Part shown: positions 51,861 to 64,000 of the stretch, one piece after another
How the letters are laid out: the number at the start of each line of letters is the position of its first letter
Numbering within the stretch: the stretch's first letter is position 1
Assembly (NCBI GenBank): GCA_973851085.1
Contig: OZ316776.1
Location: 14,012,001-14,076,000 of the forward strand
Reading direction: 5' to 3'
Source of the DNA: Ptychomitrium polyphyllum
Lineage: Eukaryota
Length of the DNA: 64,000 nucleotides
Translations under genes and position numbers: made by a program
Notes under the pieces: model-generated
What the model was told of the DNA's origin: nothing
The model's input: the letters and a program-made list of their open reading frames with translations, nothing else
Databases searched by the model: none

Positions 51861-52342
51861 GTTCTTCGGCGTTGACCTCTTGGCCTTTCTGGTATACATG
51901 CACTACCCCCTGACCGTTTCTTACACGGCCCTGGTTATCAGATTGTAAGTTATTCAGTGCGTACGAAGTATCATTTGAGAAAGCCGTTGTACTCACTTGA
52001 ACTGCACGAAATTTCACAAACGTCAGCATGCTCACTAATGGCCGGTAAGGACAGGCAAACAAATTCCCGCCGGCTTCAGCTCAAGCACTTTCTCAACCAC
52101 CGTTAACGAGATTCCAGACTCTCTCGCGGATATATAGTTTATATGAATAGGCCATTTGCTTGCAGGATACGAGGTTAGAAAATCTAAATAAAAGGTGAAC
52201 GGCAGGCTCATGGTAGACAGTTAAGCTTAGATTCTAGGTCTTTGTGTCGGCTTCATTAGATTCTATCTCATGACGCTTCTTTGAACTCTTCTTGGCTGTT
52301 CCGGGACTCCGTTGCAGGCAGAGCTTCGAGGAGTCTTAAAAG

Positions 52343-53476
52343 ATGGCAGGCGGCACCTGGAAGATAGCGGTCCTCGTGGCGGTGATGGCCATTGTGACTC
52401 TCTTGGAGTTCCACACTGTGGAAGCCCAAGGTAATTAAGCAAATTACATCTGAGATCCTCTCAACTTTGGAGCTCTGCTACAGAGATTTAGAACTCTGGT
52501 GATCAGTAAGCCATAAGAGAATTTGGAAATTTGGCCGACATGGCCTGTTCAGATGCAGCGAGTGACGAAGGCAAATCGCTTTTCTGCGTATATCGTTTTC
52601 ATTCCATGCGTTGTGGTGATAGACGGCTGGGTCTAGATTGTATTGTATGCTCTAGCTTGCTGGATAAATTTTAATCTTGTTGCCGGATTATCAATTTCGA
52701 GAAATTTGCTTCAAAGATGTTACCGTACACGGATTCTTCCAGCTTATATTCTTTTTATTGCGAAAGGGAACACATGGAATGATGTTGCTTGTATGCAGTG
52801 GTCTCTGGATGTGGCCAGTGCGCTGCAAATGCACGTTGCTATTACAGCTCTTACAGCGGCTATTATTGTGCCTGCCGACGGGGCTGGTATGGCGATGGCT
52901 ATGCTGGGAGTGGCTACTCTGGATGTACGTGTCCTATTCATTTTTAGTCATGTTTCTGCTTAAACTTTATATATTTCCCCAAGACTAGTAACTTGAACTT
53001 TTCTTAAATACCAAACTCTATTTCCTCATCAAAGGGTTTCTCTGCAAACTTTGTGGTTCCACTATGTTTTCATGTTTTTCAAATGTATCTGTTGTCTCAC
53101 TTCGAACAAAACTGTGTGGTTTGCATTGAGAATCACGATGCACAATTGTTAAATTATACTTTATAGTATCCATCAGCGAACTTTCAATAAATATATGGTC
53201 TTGATTTGATTTTCTTGTGCAGGCCGAAGACGAAGACTGAGAACATGGCAAGTGGTGATTTCCATAATTGGGGCCATTCTGGGTGCCCTCCTGCTCCTGT
53301 GCTTGTGCTTGGCATGCATTCGGAACTGTCTGTCAAGGCGGAGAGCACGAGGCCCCATTGTACAACAGCCTGGTGACCCTGTTCACGGCTACCCTCAACA
53401 AACATACCCACCGCAGGGTGTGCCCATGTACGATACAAATACTCACAAGGTTCCAGGGCCAGCGGGAGTGGTGTAG
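52343..53476 (+). CDS. 155-aa single-pass membrane protein with signal peptide and one EGF-like domain
   Basis: Exons 52343-52430, 52799-52924 and 53223-53476 total 468 nt with GT-AG introns. Protein: MAGGTWKIAVLVAVMAIVTLLEFHTVEAQ-VVSGCGQCAANARCYYSSYSGYYCACRRGWYGDGYAGSGYSGC-RRRRLRTWQ-VVISIIGAILGALLLLCLCLACI-RNCLSRRRARGPIVQQPGDPVHGYPQQTYPPQGVPMYDTNTHKVPGPAGVV. Confidence 0.85.
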
Positions 53477-54434
53477 AATTTTGGATTGGAATTTTTAGAG
53501 AATTACATTAGTATATACTATCTCTTAAATAAGTCTTAGTGTCTGCAACAGTTTTAATTATTTGGAGACACCTACTAGCAATTGAGTTGTGTATTATTGG
53601 TTGGGACTGCTCGTGACATTCTCTTCTGCTGAACGGGTAAATTGGTTTGACACGCTGTTCCAAGTTTGAAGTTTGAAGTAGGTGACTTATATCATTGTAA
53701 ACATATTTACTAGTAGTTTTCTGACTTGCACCATGTTTCATATACACTCCGTTGTAGGAAAGTCGCCTGGGGAATATCGTATACAAAATCAAATTGTCAC
53801 TGATGCCAATCGATATGCTTGTTTTTTTCCAATTTCCCTTGATCGCAAGCTCTGCCAAGAGCAAATGATCTAACATACTAGTAATATATGTTGACCTTCT
53901 AAAGCAACTACAGTAAACTGCCCAAATGTTCAGTCATCAATGCTATAAAAATATTAATGTTTCAGAATGAACTGACAATAAACTGCTCTAAACAAGAGTA
54001 CCCGAATTCTGTTTCTATCTATATCACACCCACGTACTCAGCACTAATATCGGCCTGCCACAAGTTGAAAATAAAAAGTGTTCATGGAAAAACAATGGAA
54101 TGTAGCAATTGAGTCATTGAATATCTCATTTGATTTAGACAGCACTGCAGCAAGATTTCACAAATGAAATTTGACATGTAAACTTGGTAAATTCAATAGT
54201 GGTTTAGGCGGCAAACCACAACAGCTGGATGCCAAAGCTTTAGGGTCAAGCAAGGAACTGTGAATTTATGGATCATTGCAAATCCTGAAGAAAATGACTG
54301 CGTAGCACTATGATCTTAATGTAACATGTAACACTAAAGAAAAATGGAAGTCACCAAGGACCTGGTCTCTACAAGGTAATATACAATCAACTCAGCTCGA
54401 CTACAGAGTTGCATTATTTCTCCCAATATAACAT

Positions 54435-64000
<9,566 letters not shown>

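Noticed and set aside
51296..51875. Overlapping Arg/Gly/Pro-rich ORFs on both strands
   Set aside because: A by-product of a GC-rich island, with no domain or splice support.
52643..52988. ORF-track ORFs of 106 and 103 aa over the EGF exon
   Set aside because: Wrong frames. The third frame gives the Cys pattern and joins the flanking exons in phase.

Overview
Eukaryotic plant DNA, most likely a moss or other bryophyte. This is inferred from intron-rich genes, Tcn1-like chromoviruses and a half-tRNA-primed copia, and cannot be proven from the window alone. Positions ~1-42.5 kb are a dense nest of decayed transposons. A copia element (6553-26038) carries a Tcn1-like chromovirus in its 5' LTR (6718-13000) and a second, tRNA-Met-primed chromovirus in its pol (15073-22860). 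The nest also holds a hAT transposase relic, two further Tcn1-like copies, six solo LTRs, one unclassified insertion and a decayed intronless protein kinase. A 1.07-kb purine-rich heptamer satellite lies between the TE block and three spliced genes: an 8-exon BAT1/GABA-type amino-acid permease (+), a 3-exon 155-aa gene missed by the ORF track (signal peptide, one EGF-like module, RRRRLR, TM helix, Pro/Gln/Tyr tail) (+), and a SPLAYED-like SNF2 remodeler that runs off the window end (-). The mini EGF membrane protein is the most interesting item. Next are the self-priming, hairpin, frameshift and heat-shock signals of the Tcn1-like element, the TA...TA LTR ends of the copia, and the kinase relic. 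All coordinates and alignments were read by eye.
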